Below are positions 27,578-36,978 of a stretch of DNA of 64,000 nucleotides, one piece after another. A program made the position numbers and the translations under genes. The notes beneath the pieces were generated by a model. The model had not been told where the DNA came from. It worked only from the letters and a program-made list of their open reading frames with translations, and did no database searches. How positions within the stretch are numbered: the first letter of the stretch is position 1; the number at the start of each line of letters is the position of its first letter. Origin of the DNA: an uncultured virus (IMG/VR IMGVR_UViG_3300027026_000009) (Duplodnaviria > Heunggongvirae > Uroviricota > Caudoviricetes); IMG/VR virus record IMGVR_UViG_3300027026_000009; one strand, given 5' to 3'.

Positions 27578-28129
27578 TTATTCCGAAATTTTTCTTATTA
27601 GATAGTTGTACTCTGTCTTTATGAATCCTTTTGGGATATATTTATCATAAGGCGTAAACAAAAGTGAGCCTACCCTCATATTGCTTCCAACGTGACATAC
27701 GTATTCATAAAAACCGTCCTTGATAGGACGGTACATATAGATAAAATCAAAGCACCTATAAAAGCTATCTGGAAGGATTCTTATATCGGCACAATCGCAA
27801 TCGTATTCCGAAAGCAGTTCAAAAAATTTCGGTTCAAAATCTATTCCAGTGACTTGTGCGCCTAATTTTTTAGCAAACCTAAGGATCTGTCCAGTACCGC
27901 ACCCTAAGTCCAAGAATTTCATTTGCGGTTCGACATTGTTGTATATCGTTTTTAAATGGACGTAAGAACTAGGAAAATTGCCCCAAAAGGGCAAAAGTGA
28001 ATCTTTCTGAATAAAATTTTTAACTTCCAGATATTTAATGAAAAAACGGTAGTCATCGGTTAAAGACTTTAAGCTTGGCTTATAAACCTTATGGCAATGG
28101 CTCTGGTTCTCCGCCACCTTCACTTGCAT
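27578..28129 (-). CDS. Class I SAM-dependent methyltransferase
   Basis: FLDLGCGTG, VTGID, ADI, FDFIYMYRP; start uncertain. Confidence 0.85.
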   Translation of the reverse strand: MQVKVAENQSHCHKVYKPSLKSLTDDYRFFIKYLEVKNFIQKDSLLPFWGNFPSSYVHLKTIYNNVEPQMKFLDLGCGTGQILRFAKKLGAQVTGIDFEPKFFELLSEYDCDCADIRILPDSFYRCFDFIYMYRPIKDGFYEYVCHVGSNMRVGSLLFTPYDKYIPKGFIKTEYNYLIRKISE

Positions 28130-28613
28130 TCGGATTTTTGACTATCAACACTGGAAAAGGCACGTTAAATTGGTCAACTTGTGCGCCCAATTCACGGTCT
28201 ATACATCTAATGTTAAATACTGTGTCGCCACTCTTGTCTAAACCTACGGTAGCAACAATTATGTTAGTTGATCCGCTTGTTGCATTCGGGGCAAATAGAG
28301 CATAATCATTGGTTACGTCACCAGAACCGACAATCGTTCCCGAAATAACGCCAGTAGCTTTTGCCCAAGTAATATCAACGCCAAGCGTGTCTTTAAAAAC
28401 ACTAAATGTCAAAGCACCCACTTCTGGTATATCAGTAAATACGGCTATGTATTCGTCATTACCGCCACTTGGCAGATTTAATAGGTCTTGCAAAAGTATG
28501 GATTTACCTTCGCTGTCCTTTACTTTTAATGTGCCGTCTATATCAACGTACAACGCTAATTCATTGTCGCCTTTTTGGGGAACAAATCTTCCCTCTGTTC
28601 TTTTTAAAGCCAT
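28089..28613 (-). CDS. Spike/vertex-like structural protein
   Basis: N-terminus shared with the 29959-31660 trio; C-terminus similar to the 28640/29535 beta domain. Confidence 0.55.
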   Translation of the reverse strand: MALKRTEGRFVPQKGDNELALYVDIDGTLKVKDSEGKSILLQDLLNLPSGGNDEYIAVFTDIPEVGALTFSVFKDTLGVDITWAKATGVISGTIVGSGDVTNDYALFAPNATSGSTNIIVATVGLDKSGDTVFNIRCIDRELGAQVDQFNVPFPVLIVKNPNASEGGGEPEPLP

Positions 28614-28639
28614 GTCTTTATGTTTTATTAAATTTTATT

Positions 28640-29542
28640 TTAAACCTCATCTGGGAAATATACGATTTTTATTGCACTGTAAAATAAAACACCATTTAGG
28701 TTGCTAGGTGATGCAGTGCTTTCTTTTGTCTCTATAATAATTTCGGTGCGGTTGGTCAATATGTCAAGTTGTACAGTATATGTCGCCAGTAAATAATTTG
28801 TGAATGTCTGTACGCCATTTCCTAAAAATACGGCTAAATTTTCTGTAAAATCACCTTCTATGTCTGCGATTAGCTTATAAGTACCGACACCTTCATAGGT
28901 TACATCGAAATTAAAAGGAATACAGTTTTTGTTTACAAATAGTAACGGTACATTGGTATTTGTCTGTAATAACGTTCCAGTCAATTGGAAATAATTGTCC
29001 AAAAGACCGTTATAAACAGTTTGAAGATCATTCGCTTCTAAATTGACTAAGCCTTTGCCTTGGTTTAGAATGCGATATAGGTTGCCGTCCGAAACACCAG
29101 TTCTATAAATTTCTATACGAACACATGAATTATTAAGAACATTGTCTTGAAGTTCGCCAAAAGGTTCTGCGCTATTCCACACGCCAGTATAGACAAAAAC
29201 AAAGGTTGTGCTTCCGCTAGTGTTTACTGAAGTTGTAACATAAAACTTTTCAAAAGGATTTATATTGCTTTGATTTATAAAAACACCGATCTGCCATGGT
29301 TCTAAAACTCCTAGTATGGTTGCTCGGTACAATCCAGTAGAAACCCTAATCCATTGTATTTCAAAACCAGTGTTGTCAAAAAGCTGTGTAACCGATAGTG
29401 TAGTAGTTGAACTTGTAAGTTGCGCCATATGGCATTTTGTAGAAAGACCACCTTTCAAATCTTGAAGGTTTTCAGACCCTATATTCAACGTACCTTTTTC
29501 GGTATTAATTAATCTAAATTGCTTTTTTTGCATCTTACTCAA
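28640..29542 (-). CDS. Two-repeat beta-rich structural protein
   Basis: FRLINTEKGTLNI and YRILNQGKGLVNL repeats. Confidence 0.6.
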   Translation of the reverse strand: MSKMQKKQFRLINTEKGTLNIGSENLQDLKGGLSTKCHMAQLTSSTTTLSVTQLFDNTGFEIQWIRVSTGLYRATILGVLEPWQIGVFINQSNINPFEKFYVTTSVNTSGSTTFVFVYTGVWNSAEPFGELQDNVLNNSCVRIEIYRTGVSDGNLYRILNQGKGLVNLEANDLQTVYNGLLDNYFQLTGTLLQTNTNVPLLFVNKNCIPFNFDVTYEGVGTYKLIADIEGDFTENLAVFLGNGVQTFTNYLLATYTVQLDILTNRTEIIIETKESTASPSNLNGVLFYSAIKIVYFPDEV

Positions 29543-29957
29543 ATTTTATCAAGTACACTGGCAGATTTGTTAAATCATTTGTAAGGCTGTTCAAATCCAC
29601 GTCTGTTAATCTTATGCTTACCGTGGTCTGATCTTCAAGTGCGTCATAGAACAAATAATTTTCAACTAACACGTTTGCGCCACTGCTTTGATTTGGTATA
29701 AAAACATAAAATTTATCGACTATATTTCCAGTTCCCAAAATCAACCTAAATCTTCCAACAGAATCTATTACCATTGGAAAACTTAAATTTTCATCGTTTT
29801 TAAGTGCGTTTACATTAACAACTGACCCATCATAAGTGTACAGTCCAAAAAATTCCGTCTGCGTAGTTGTTTCACCTACAATCTCTAGGTTTTCTTCGCT
29901 TATGTTCACTGTACCCTTTGGTACGTTTACAAACCTATATAAAGCTTCACTACTCAT
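29535..29957 (-). CDS. Single-repeat paralog of 28640..29542
   Basis: YRFVNVPKGTVNI. Confidence 0.6.
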   Translation of the reverse strand: MSSEALYRFVNVPKGTVNISEENLEIVGETTTQTEFFGLYTYDGSVVNVNALKNDENLSFPMVIDSVGRFRLILGTGNIVDKFYVFIPNQSSGANVLVENYLFYDALEDQTTVSIRLTDVDLNSLTNDLTNLPVYLIKFE

Positions 29958-29958
29958 G

Positions 29959-30543
29959 TTATAAACAAATTATTTCAACAACAAAACCATTAGAATCAGT
30001 CCTTAAATAACCACCGCCAAAAGTCTGCCTTACCGTTCCAGAAGGTGTTACAAATTCGTTTTGGCTATTGTAATCTGTAAAAACTTGATCGCCCACTACT
30101 GGAAAATCACTTTCGCCATTATGGTAGAGTAATTCTTGGTAAGGGCTTAAATCTGGGCTATCGCAAGGGTCTAATTCGGAATCCCCGCTTGTAGCAAAAG
30201 GTGTTAAAAAATTACCGTCAACGGCTTGTGGATTTGTACTAAAAGCAACAAATATCTGGCACTGGATTTGTGTCTTGTTAAACCCTAACGAATTAACGTA
30301 AGAGACAAGACGTTGTTTTAAAGAACCTTCACCATTTCTAATCGGTTCATCAAAAGGGCTTGCTCGTAAAAAGGTTGCAATATTGTTTTGGTCGCCTTCA
30401 AGTGCGCCCAAAAGGTCAGCTAAACTTGCCACTGCGCCATTGCTGTCTTTTACAAGTGCTTGACCGTTCGGACTTATATAAATAGCAAATCCATTGCCCT
30501 CTATTACCTCTATGTCATTATTTTGACTTCTTTGGATTTCCAT
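29959..30543 (-). CDS. Spike-like protein, paralog 3
   Basis: GNGFAIY...LVKDSNG...GDQNNI; YHNG...PVVGDQVF. Confidence 0.6.
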   Translation of the reverse strand: MEIQRSQNNDIEVIEGNGFAIYISPNGQALVKDSNGAVASLADLLGALEGDQNNIATFLRASPFDEPIRNGEGSLKQRLVSYVNSLGFNKTQIQCQIFVAFSTNPQAVDGNFLTPFATSGDSELDPCDSPDLSPYQELLYHNGESDFPVVGDQVFTDYNSQNEFVTPSGTVRQTFGGGYLRTDSNGFVVEIICL

Positions 30544-31100
30544 TACCTACAAGTTATTATTATTCTAATTCCGCTTCCATCAGTATCTAAATACTCGGCA
30601 TTAGCCATTTGAAGAACTGCGCCAGTGTAAGGTATAGTTCCTTCAGCATCTTCAAAAACTTGGTCGCCAATAGCGGGAAAAGCACCTTCCCCATTATGAT
30701 ATAAAGTTATGTCATAAGGGCTTCCGTCTGGTTCTAAACAAGGGTCAGCACCGCCAAGACCACCGCTTAAAAAAGAAGTCAAGCTAACCGTGTTCGGAAT
30801 AATGTTAAAGAAATATTCACCATCGGTCGGGGCTTTAACTATTTCCGCATCATTAATGAATAAAGCTAGTTTTTCGACCGTTGATCCTTCATAAATATCC
30901 AAAGACTGTTCCTCTATACGAAGGCTTCTAGCGATGTTGTCTTGTTCGCCAACACCAACCGTTACCAAGTTCGATAAAAGTTCGGTCTGTCCGTTACTGT
31001 CCTTTAACATGACTTCGCCAGTTATCGCATCCTTGTACATTGCGAACCCATTACCTATAATGGTTCTAATATTGTTTGCCGTGCTTACTTGTATTGCCAT
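30543..31100 (-). CDS. Spike-like protein, paralog 2
   Basis: Start at 31100 (MAIQVST) by paralog alignment. Confidence 0.6.
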   Translation of the reverse strand: MAIQVSTANNIRTIIGNGFAMYKDAITGEVMLKDSNGQTELLSNLVTVGVGEQDNIARSLRIEEQSLDIYEGSTVEKLALFINDAEIVKAPTDGEYFFNIIPNTVSLTSFLSGGLGGADPCLEPDGSPYDITLYHNGEGAFPAIGDQVFEDAEGTIPYTGAVLQMANAEYLDTDGSGIRIIITCR

Positions 31101-31111
31101 AACCAAATTAA

Positions 31112-31660
31112 TTATCTTCCACCACCACCACATTCTATTTCTACTACAAATCCGCTTTCATCGGTAGCTATAAATTGCGGGTCAGATTGTGTAACTCTAG
31201 CTGATTCTTGTGGTGCGCTCAATGGTAATGTACCGCTTGCATCCAAAAATATTTGATCGCCTACAACTGGTAATGCGTTTGCGCCAGTGTGATAGGCTAC
31301 AATAAAATCCATAGGCTCTGGTAATAGACCGCATCCGTCATAGCCCAAGTCACTGATGGCAAATTCGGTCAATTGCGTAATTGTAACCCATTGCTCGGCA
31401 TCTGTCGGTTGCTTCACCAGTTCTGCTTCGTTAAGTGTAGTAGCTATTGAACTCTTTCTTTCCGAACCGCTTGAAGCTGAATCCAGTTCAAAAACTCGTC
31501 CAATATTATCTTGGTCGCCTTGAAAAAAATCTTGCAACGGTACAACCTTTCCGTTAGTGTCCTTTAGCATTAAAAGACCAGTAGTGCCGTCTTGGTAGAT
31601 GGCAAGACCATTTCCTACTATGGTCTGGATGTCTTGTGTTTGCGATTTTTGTAAAGCCAT
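31112..31660 (-). CDS. Spike-like protein, paralog 1
   Basis: GNGLAIY...MLKDTNG...GDQDNI; YHTG...PVVGDQIF. Confidence 0.6.
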   Translation of the reverse strand: MALQKSQTQDIQTIVGNGLAIYQDGTTGLLMLKDTNGKVVPLQDFFQGDQDNIGRVFELDSASSGSERKSSIATTLNEAELVKQPTDAEQWVTITQLTEFAISDLGYDGCGLLPEPMDFIVAYHTGANALPVVGDQIFLDASGTLPLSAPQESARVTQSDPQFIATDESGFVVEIECGGGGR

Positions 31661-31674
31661 AACCTAAATAAAGG

Positions 31675-31748
31675 TAAATTTATAAAATCCATATCAATTT
31701 AAAATATTACAGACCAACTCTAAGTGCTAAAACGATCGTTTTAGACAT
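31675..31748 (-). promoter_or_regulatory. Late-class promoter
   Basis: GTGCTAAA at 31724; TAAATTTA 31682-31675 (offset 42). Confidence 0.55.
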
Positions 31749-32456
31749 TTAGACTTTATTTTCAATGACTTGCACGACATTTGGAACTATAATAGCATCA
31801 TAAACCAACTTCATTCTAGTCTTTTCACGTTCTGTAAAAGGTCGATTCATATGCGTAGCAATACTTGAAAAAACCAAGAAATCGTCATCGCCATCAATAG
31901 GTCGTCTTGTTATTATAAAAATGATACTATGGGTCACACCTTCATCTTCATAAATTCGTTTCAGCATCCCATCTTCCATTTTTTTTGTTTCCAAAATGAC
32001 CATATCCTCATGCTCGGCTCGAATTAAGTAATTTCTGTAAACATCATCGATACCGATATTTTGGTACATGGTCATAGCACTTTCGTCACTATGTATTTTA
32101 TCTTTATGCTGTTCGTAATATACGCTTACCGTGTTAAACTTGCTACTTCCATTTATTGCACCAAGAATAAGAAAACGGTCTGCTTTTGTTTGGTTGAACA
32201 ACCGCTTTACGCCATTGGTTATATTGGTAAAGGCTACTAGATCTGAAAGCTGTTCAAAAAAGCTGTACTTTATTGCGTCTTGAAATTTTTCCTTTTGGGC
32301 AACTTTCAAATCGTTTTCAAGGGCTTCGTTTATAAGCTTTTGTTCTTTTATTTTTAGGCTATCCGCTTTACTCTTTTTGCGAAGTTCTAGCCACTTGTAT
32401 AAAAAGGTAAGAGTTGCGGGAATAGTCGCTACTAATGCTACAATGATTTCTGTCAT
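31749..32456 (-). CDS. TM plus GAF-like domain protein (possible holin)
   Basis: N-terminal TM, coiled coil, ADR motif and GAF-like alpha/beta pattern. Confidence 0.45.
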   Translation of the reverse strand: MTEIIVALVATIPATLTFLYKWLELRKKSKADSLKIKEQKLINEALENDLKVAQKEKFQDAIKYSFFEQLSDLVAFTNITNGVKRLFNQTKADRFLILGAINGSSKFNTVSVYYEQHKDKIHSDESAMTMYQNIGIDDVYRNYLIRAEHEDMVILETKKMEDGMLKRIYEDEGVTHSIIFIITRRPIDGDDDFLVFSSIATHMNRPFTEREKTRMKLVYDAIIVPNVVQVIENKV

Positions 32457-32499
32457 GTTTCATTTATTTATTCCCAAAGATGTCTTGTCGAGTAAATAG

Positions 32500-32898
32500 C
32501 TAATAACCAATAAGTGCCAAATGATTAGCTAATGATATATTAAAGACCGATTCGCTACCATCAAAAACCGCAAGCCCAACTTTTTCGTTGCGGTTGAATA
32601 GAAAAACACTTATATCCTCTTTTTTTATGTCGTGTTTTTCCATATAGTAAAGAAGTGACTGTTTTAAGACTGGCACTGAAAGTGCTTCAAGTCCTAGTAG
32701 GTCAAGCTTCTTGTTTAGTATGTACTTAAAGTCAACCTTTTTATAAGGTTGCCAACCGTGGCACATTTTATAAACCAAATCATTTGTGTCTGGCTTAAAA
32801 CTAATATTTATTTGAGCGTCCTCTGTCGGAATGTTCTGTTCATTTGCGAACTTTTGCATTCCGCCCAACATTATCTTTCTGGTCTTTGATTCAATCAT
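32500..32898 (-). CDS. Hypothetical protein
   Basis: ATG 32898 follows a TACATTTG box. Confidence 0.65.
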   Translation of the reverse strand: MIESKTRKIMLGGMQKFANEQNIPTEDAQINISFKPDTNDLVYKMCHGWQPYKKVDFKYILNKKLDLLGLEALSVPVLKQSLLYYMEKHDIKKEDISVFLFNRNEKVGLAVFDGSESVFNISLANHLALIGY

Positions 32899-32938
32899 GG
32901 AAATTTCATTTACCAACAAATGTAACAAAAAAGTCTGA

Positions 32939-33523
32939 CTAGATTTTTATTCCTACCTTAGAAAGTCCTTCTTTTAATTTATTGGTAAATTTATCAAACC
33001 CGCTTTCAAGGTTTAGATCTGCTAAAAGGTTATTGCTGTACGTTATCTTTTTTTGGTCAAGGCTTACGGTGTGTGTCGTTCCCATTAAACCAATGGTTAT
33101 AAATCCATCTATTTGAACGTTTATAGGCTCTTTGTTGTAAACATCCGTAACAAATGGTATTATACTGTCGGTTATTGATCTAAAGTTTATATTGCCAGTT
33201 GCATCTACATCAAACGAACTGTCAGCTTTTACCGTAAATGGTGTAACGCTTTGGGTCTGGGCAAAGGTGTTGCCGTCAAAGCTAAAAAACAGCGAATAAC
33301 TTTTTACCTTTACTTGAAAGGCACTATTGTTTTTTACCTCGATTACACAATCGACAATTGCGCCAGAAGAATCTAATGACCTTACGTTTAAATCCTTGAC
33401 TTTATAAGATAGGTTCATAGCTAACTGTAACTGGCGATTGAAATAATAAATAAGGCTGAAGGCAACCAAGCCAACACCCCCTATTATCAATGGCTTTTTC
33501 ATTACAGTTTCTTTATGACCCAA
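32939..33523 (-). CDS. Membrane-anchored LEA_2/WHy-domain protein
   Basis: TM; IEVKNNSAFQVKVKSY...DGN.FA. Confidence 0.7.
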   Translation of the reverse strand: MGHKETVMKKPLIIGGVGLVAFSLIYYFNRQLQLAMNLSYKVKDLNVRSLDSSGAIVDCVIEVKNNSAFQVKVKSYSLFFSFDGNTFAQTQSVTPFTVKADSSFDVDATGNINFRSITDSIIPFVTDVYNKEPINVQIDGFITIGLMGTTHTVSLDQKKITYSNNLLADLNLESGFDKFTNKLKEGLSKVGIKI

Positions 33524-33798
33524 TAAAGACCAAGACCAACGATAGCATAGTAAATGATACTATTTGAAACTGGACTGAACACCCTTTGTTTGGCGTTCAA
33601 GCGTTCCGTTGATTCCCGAAATTCATCTTTAATCTCTGGGGCTAAGGTTTTTGTTTCGTCAACTACGACATCTTTAAGCTGTTTAGCCTTATCGACCACT
33701 TTGCTTAAAACACCATCGCCTTGTTCTTTTTCGTCAGCGAAGGTCGGCTCTACCGAAACAGTGTCCTCATTGATAGTGTCAGTATTTAAGTTTACCAT
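33502..33798 (-). CDS. C-terminal TM membrane protein
   Basis: TM plus basic tail. Confidence 0.65.
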   Translation of the reverse strand: MVNLNTDTINEDTVSVEPTFADEKEQGDGVLSKVVDKAKQLKDVVVDETKTLAPEIKDEFRESTERLNAKQRVFSPVSNSIIYYAIVGLGLYWVIKKL

Positions 33799-33979
33799 CT
33801 TTAATGAATTTTAGAGTTAATACAAATAACGTTACACCTACGGCTATTACACCGTACTTCAGTGCGTTTTTCTGAAGGCTATTGGATTTAGCGTCCTCGG
33901 CATTTAAAATATCCCTTTGTTCTGCCAAAAGGTCATCAATCCTTTGCCTTTCGCCTAAATCATAAACTGCCCTTCCCAT
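33779..33979 (-). CDS. C-terminal TM membrane protein
   Basis: Start 33979 (MGRAVY). Confidence 0.6.
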   Translation of the reverse strand: MGRAVYDLGERQRIDDLLAEQRDILNAEDAKSNSLQKNALKYGVIAVGVTLFVLTLKFIKDGKLKY

Positions 33980-33980
33980 T

Positions 33981-34109
33981 TTAGGAGTTAGCTTTTTGCG
34001 TATAGTACATACTACCGCCAACCACTAAAAGAACACCGCCTATGATCATTGCCCACTGTTGCGGGGAATATTTTGTAGGTAGTCCTAATCTGTTGTTGTC
34101 TTGTGCCAT
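33981..34109 (-). CDS. 42-aa single-TM protein (not in ORF track)
   Basis: MAQDNNRLGLPTKYSPQQWAMIIGGVLLVVGGSMYYTQKANS. Confidence 0.6.
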   Translation of the reverse strand: MAQDNNRLGLPTKYSPQQWAMIIGGVLLVVGGSMYYTQKANS

Positions 34110-34117
34110 AATTTTTG

Positions 34118-34675
34118 TTATTTTAAGGCTATATAAAGCCCGATTAATAATGCGACCCCGCCACCTATTAAAAGTGCTGTCTGGGTCTTTTTTGAACGTT
34201 CCAAAATATCAACATCTGCTAAATCAAAGCCTTCACCCAATATTTCAGCGTTTTCCTTCTGCTTTTTTGCTTCAAAATAATCCTTGCATTTTCTTTGTGC
34301 AAAAGCCACTTCAAAACTAGCCCTTCTTTGTTTCAGTTCAAAAAGAACCAAGTCCTCAAAAGGCTTTAATCTGTTTCCCGCTTTTCTGGTCTGAAGGTCT
34401 TGAACCCTTCCATTAATATCGGTTATGTACCTATCAAGAACATAACAGTTATACATCATTTCGTATTCTTTGTCCAGAATACTTTTTATTTTTTGCTGAA
34501 CGGTAGGTTTTAACTGTTGTATGATTAAGGTGCTTATTGCACCGCTTCCATAATCCTTATTAACGATTGTCTGTAAATCGCTTCGTGCTTTGTCAATGAT
34601 TGCGCTTCTGTTAGCAAAGAAAGCATTTGCTTCAGCTAATTTACTACCTCTATTTACTAAATCAACCGTTGTCAT
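34118..34675 (-). CDS. Helical membrane protein, paralog of 34676..35092
   Basis: Similarly placed Cys, coiled coil and C-terminal TM. Confidence 0.65.
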   Translation of the reverse strand: MTTVDLVNRGSKLAEANAFFANRSAIIDKARSDLQTIVNKDYGSGAISTLIIQQLKPTVQQKIKSILDKEYEMMYNCYVLDRYITDINGRVQDLQTRKAGNRLKPFEDLVLFELKQRRASFEVAFAQRKCKDYFEAKKQKENAEILGEGFDLADVDILERSKKTQTALLIGGGVALLIGLYIALK

Positions 34676-35092
34676 TTATCTTTTTAGGATTATAAACAGT
34701 CCTACCATCATTATACTTGCGCCAATAAATATTACGGTTCTATTGGCTTTTTCCGTTTGCTTCTTTACCTTGACCTCATACTCCCTTGCTTCGCTCTCTA
34801 TAATATCGTTTAACGCATCAATACGTTTTATTTCTAACCTACGATCGCAATCTGCAAAACGCCATTTAGCTTGATGTTCGCCTATTAATCTGTCATAAGC
34901 TTCTGCCCAATCTGAAGCGGTTTGACTTCCGAACTCTAAAGCTTGATTTCTTTTTTCAGCCCTTTTAACCATAAGGGCTTCTATGTCGCCACCACAGCTT
35001 CTACTGTTGTTTGGCGGATATTGCTGTACCAGTTGAAGGTACTTTGACCATACACTAGGTCTTACATATTCCCTATCTATATTGGCGACCAT
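34676..35092 (-). CDS. Helical membrane protein
   Basis: C-terminal TM. Confidence 0.65.
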   Translation of the reverse strand: MVANIDREYVRPSVWSKYLQLVQQYPPNNSRSCGGDIEALMVKRAEKRNQALEFGSQTASDWAEAYDRLIGEHQAKWRFADCDRRLEIKRIDALNDIIESEAREYEVKVKKQTEKANRTVIFIGASIMMVGLFIILKR

Positions 35093-35569
35093 TTAAACAA
35101 TCCATTTGCGCTTTGCACGTGTCCATGAAGCATTTTCCTCAAATCCTTCTAGTCTAGCCTTTGCGATAATGTCATTCCAGTTGTTATATGTTACTTTACA
35201 AGCATAACCTATTCCGCAAGTAAAGTTCAATAAACCAAAGCCATTAGGTATGTTTTGTACGGCATCATAAGTTTCTTGACCAAATACGCCATCCACGGCA
35301 ATACCTTGACCTAATTTGTTCAATGCTTCTTGTAACACCCATACATTTGCGCCAGTGCTACCGACCTTTAAAGGATAACTGTCTTTGCCTTCTTTTCTTC
35401 CAGTGCTAGATAATTCATTCGGTGCAAGGGAATTTTCGCTTACTTTTGGTTTTTGGGCTGACTTTAACTTCTGTCTGGTCTGGTTTCCTTTGACCAAATC
35501 AAAAATAAAGTAGCCAGTAATAGCGGTGAGTACACCGCCCACAACGTAATATAATGTTCTATTCTTCAT
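35093..35569 (-). CDS. Membrane-anchored peptidoglycan-binding protein
   Basis: YPLKVGSTGANVWVLQEALN...VDGVFGQET..AV. Confidence 0.85.
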   Translation of the reverse strand: MKNRTLYYVVGGVLTAITGYFIFDLVKGNQTRQKLKSAQKPKVSENSLAPNELSSTGRKEGKDSYPLKVGSTGANVWVLQEALNKLGQGIAVDGVFGQETYDAVQNIPNGFGLLNFTCGIGYACKVTYNNWNDIIAKARLEGFEENASWTRAKRKWIV

Positions 35570-35573
35570 TCTT

Positions 35574-35804
35574 TTATACTATTGCTAAACCAATGTTTTC
35601 ATTCTTGCAAGGGTCTGGGCATGGTGGCACTAGACAGTTCACTGCAATTTTATCACAATCTGGTTTTGGTACGACTTTACTTTCTTCAGCTACTTCTGGC
35701 TCGGCATTTAAGGTTTCCTTTTTTCTCATAGAAAGTTTATAGACACCAAAACCAACAAGTGCTATTCCGCCAAATAATAAAAAAGGGTTTTTTACGCTAA
35801 CCAT
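35574..35804 (-). CDS. Single-TM Cys-rich protein
   Basis: CDKIAVNCLVPPCPDPC. Confidence 0.6.
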   Translation of the reverse strand: MVSVKNPFLLFGGIALVGFGVYKLSMRKKETLNAEPEVAEESKVVPKPDCDKIAVNCLVPPCPDPCKNENIGLAIV

Positions 35805-36262
35805 CTTACATCTGGTTTTAGTGACATGATACGATATACCTCATTTAATTCTGCCGAATCAAGTTCGCTGTTCATTCTTGCATTGAAATCCTCATTGTAA
35901 CGTGCGCTGTAATATGAAGCTACTTGGCTCAATGCAACCTTATCGTTCAAAGAGTTCATAACGCCAAAAATGGCATCTTCATCAGTTCCAAGTCCACTAA
36001 AAGCATTTCTTAAAGCTTCTGCATTTTCTTGTACTGACTTATCTTTTAGCTTTACAAAAGGCTTATCTGTATTTATTGCAGTATGATAGCTTCCCTTTAA
36101 GGCTTGGCTTACTTGACGGTTATCACTGTTGACGGCTTGTGCCTTTATGGTCGTTACCAAAGAATCATAAGTCTGTTTGCGCTTAATTGTCCTATATCCA
36201 AGGTATAGACCAGTTACACCTACCAGTGATCCAGATATAATCAAAATTTGCTTTCTAGTCAT
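35792..36262 (-). CDS. Membrane-anchored annexin-repeat protein
   Basis: AEALRNAFSGLGTDEDAIFGVM...Y..RY...F...MNSEL matches the annexin GxGT...E repeat. Confidence 0.75.
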   Translation of the reverse strand: MTRKQILIISGSLVGVTGLYLGYRTIKRKQTYDSLVTTIKAQAVNSDNRQVSQALKGSYHTAINTDKPFVKLKDKSVQENAEALRNAFSGLGTDEDAIFGVMNSLNDKVALSQVASYYSARYNEDFNARMNSELDSAELNEVYRIMSLKPDVRWLA

Positions 36263-36263
36263 C

Positions 36264-36695
36264 TTACTTAACTTTGTTCATTCCTCTAGTGGCGACCGTT
36301 GCGCCAATGTCAACAACTTCTTTTCGGACTTTGGGTTTTGTACCCAATTGCCAAAAGAAAACACCAAGGCTCACTGCGAAAACAGTTCCAAGCCCAAGGC
36401 TTATCCACTTATAATATTCAAAGATGTCACCGAAATAGCCCGCAGTCTTTTTTCCAAAATCTGCAAACGTACCAAGCACGTTACCGCTAATTTCTATTCC
36501 GTACTTTTCCATTTCCAACCTAAGTTCTGACGTGTTCGCATCAGAATTGGAAGCGTCTTGCGCTGACCAAGCCATTGCAAAAATGCTATTGGCTTGCTTT
36601 ACTGAAAGTGTTTTACGCAAGTCTTTGTACCAATTAATCCAAACGATGTCGTCTGAATTTCTGGTCGGTATGTTTTGTACAGATTGATAGGACAT
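36264..36695 (-). CDS. Membrane protein
   Basis: TM near the C-terminus. Confidence 0.7.
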   Translation of the reverse strand: MSYQSVQNIPTRNSDDIVWINWYKDLRKTLSVKQANSIFAMAWSAQDASNSDANTSELRLEMEKYGIEISGNVLGTFADFGKKTAGYFGDIFEYYKWISLGLGTVFAVSLGVFFWQLGTKPKVRKEVVDIGATVATRGMNKVK

Positions 36696-36703
36696 AATGC
36701 TTA

Positions 36704-36970
36704 TTATTTAGTGTTCATGCACTTTTTCATTTCATTTTGATAAAAGGCATCACGTTGTTCTGGCGATCCAAAACGCATTGTCATCATTAGCTTTCTTACG
36801 GCTTGGTCACAATTCATCTCCGCCTTTCCGTTTTCATTTTTTTTTTCGGTTGAAACTTCTTCAGCATCAACCTCTACATCTTCGCATCCGCAATCTTTGC
36901 CCCTCATTTTGTTCCATGCAAAGGCAAGTCCAAATCCAACGGCTAATCCTATTAATAAATCTCTTTTCAT
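36704..36970 (-). CDS. Single-TM protein with CGC motif
   Basis: N-terminal TM. Confidence 0.65.
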   Translation of the reverse strand: MKRDLLIGLAVGFGLAFAWNKMRGKDCGCEDVEVDAEEVSTEKKNENGKAEMNCDQAVRKLMMTMRFGSPEQRDAFYQNEMKKCMNTK

Positions 36971-36978
36971 AACTACTT

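Noticed and set aside
31101..31133. MWWWW N-terminus of ORF 30543..31133
   Set aside because: Overlaps the GGG-encoding end of the upstream gene; paralogs place the start at 31100
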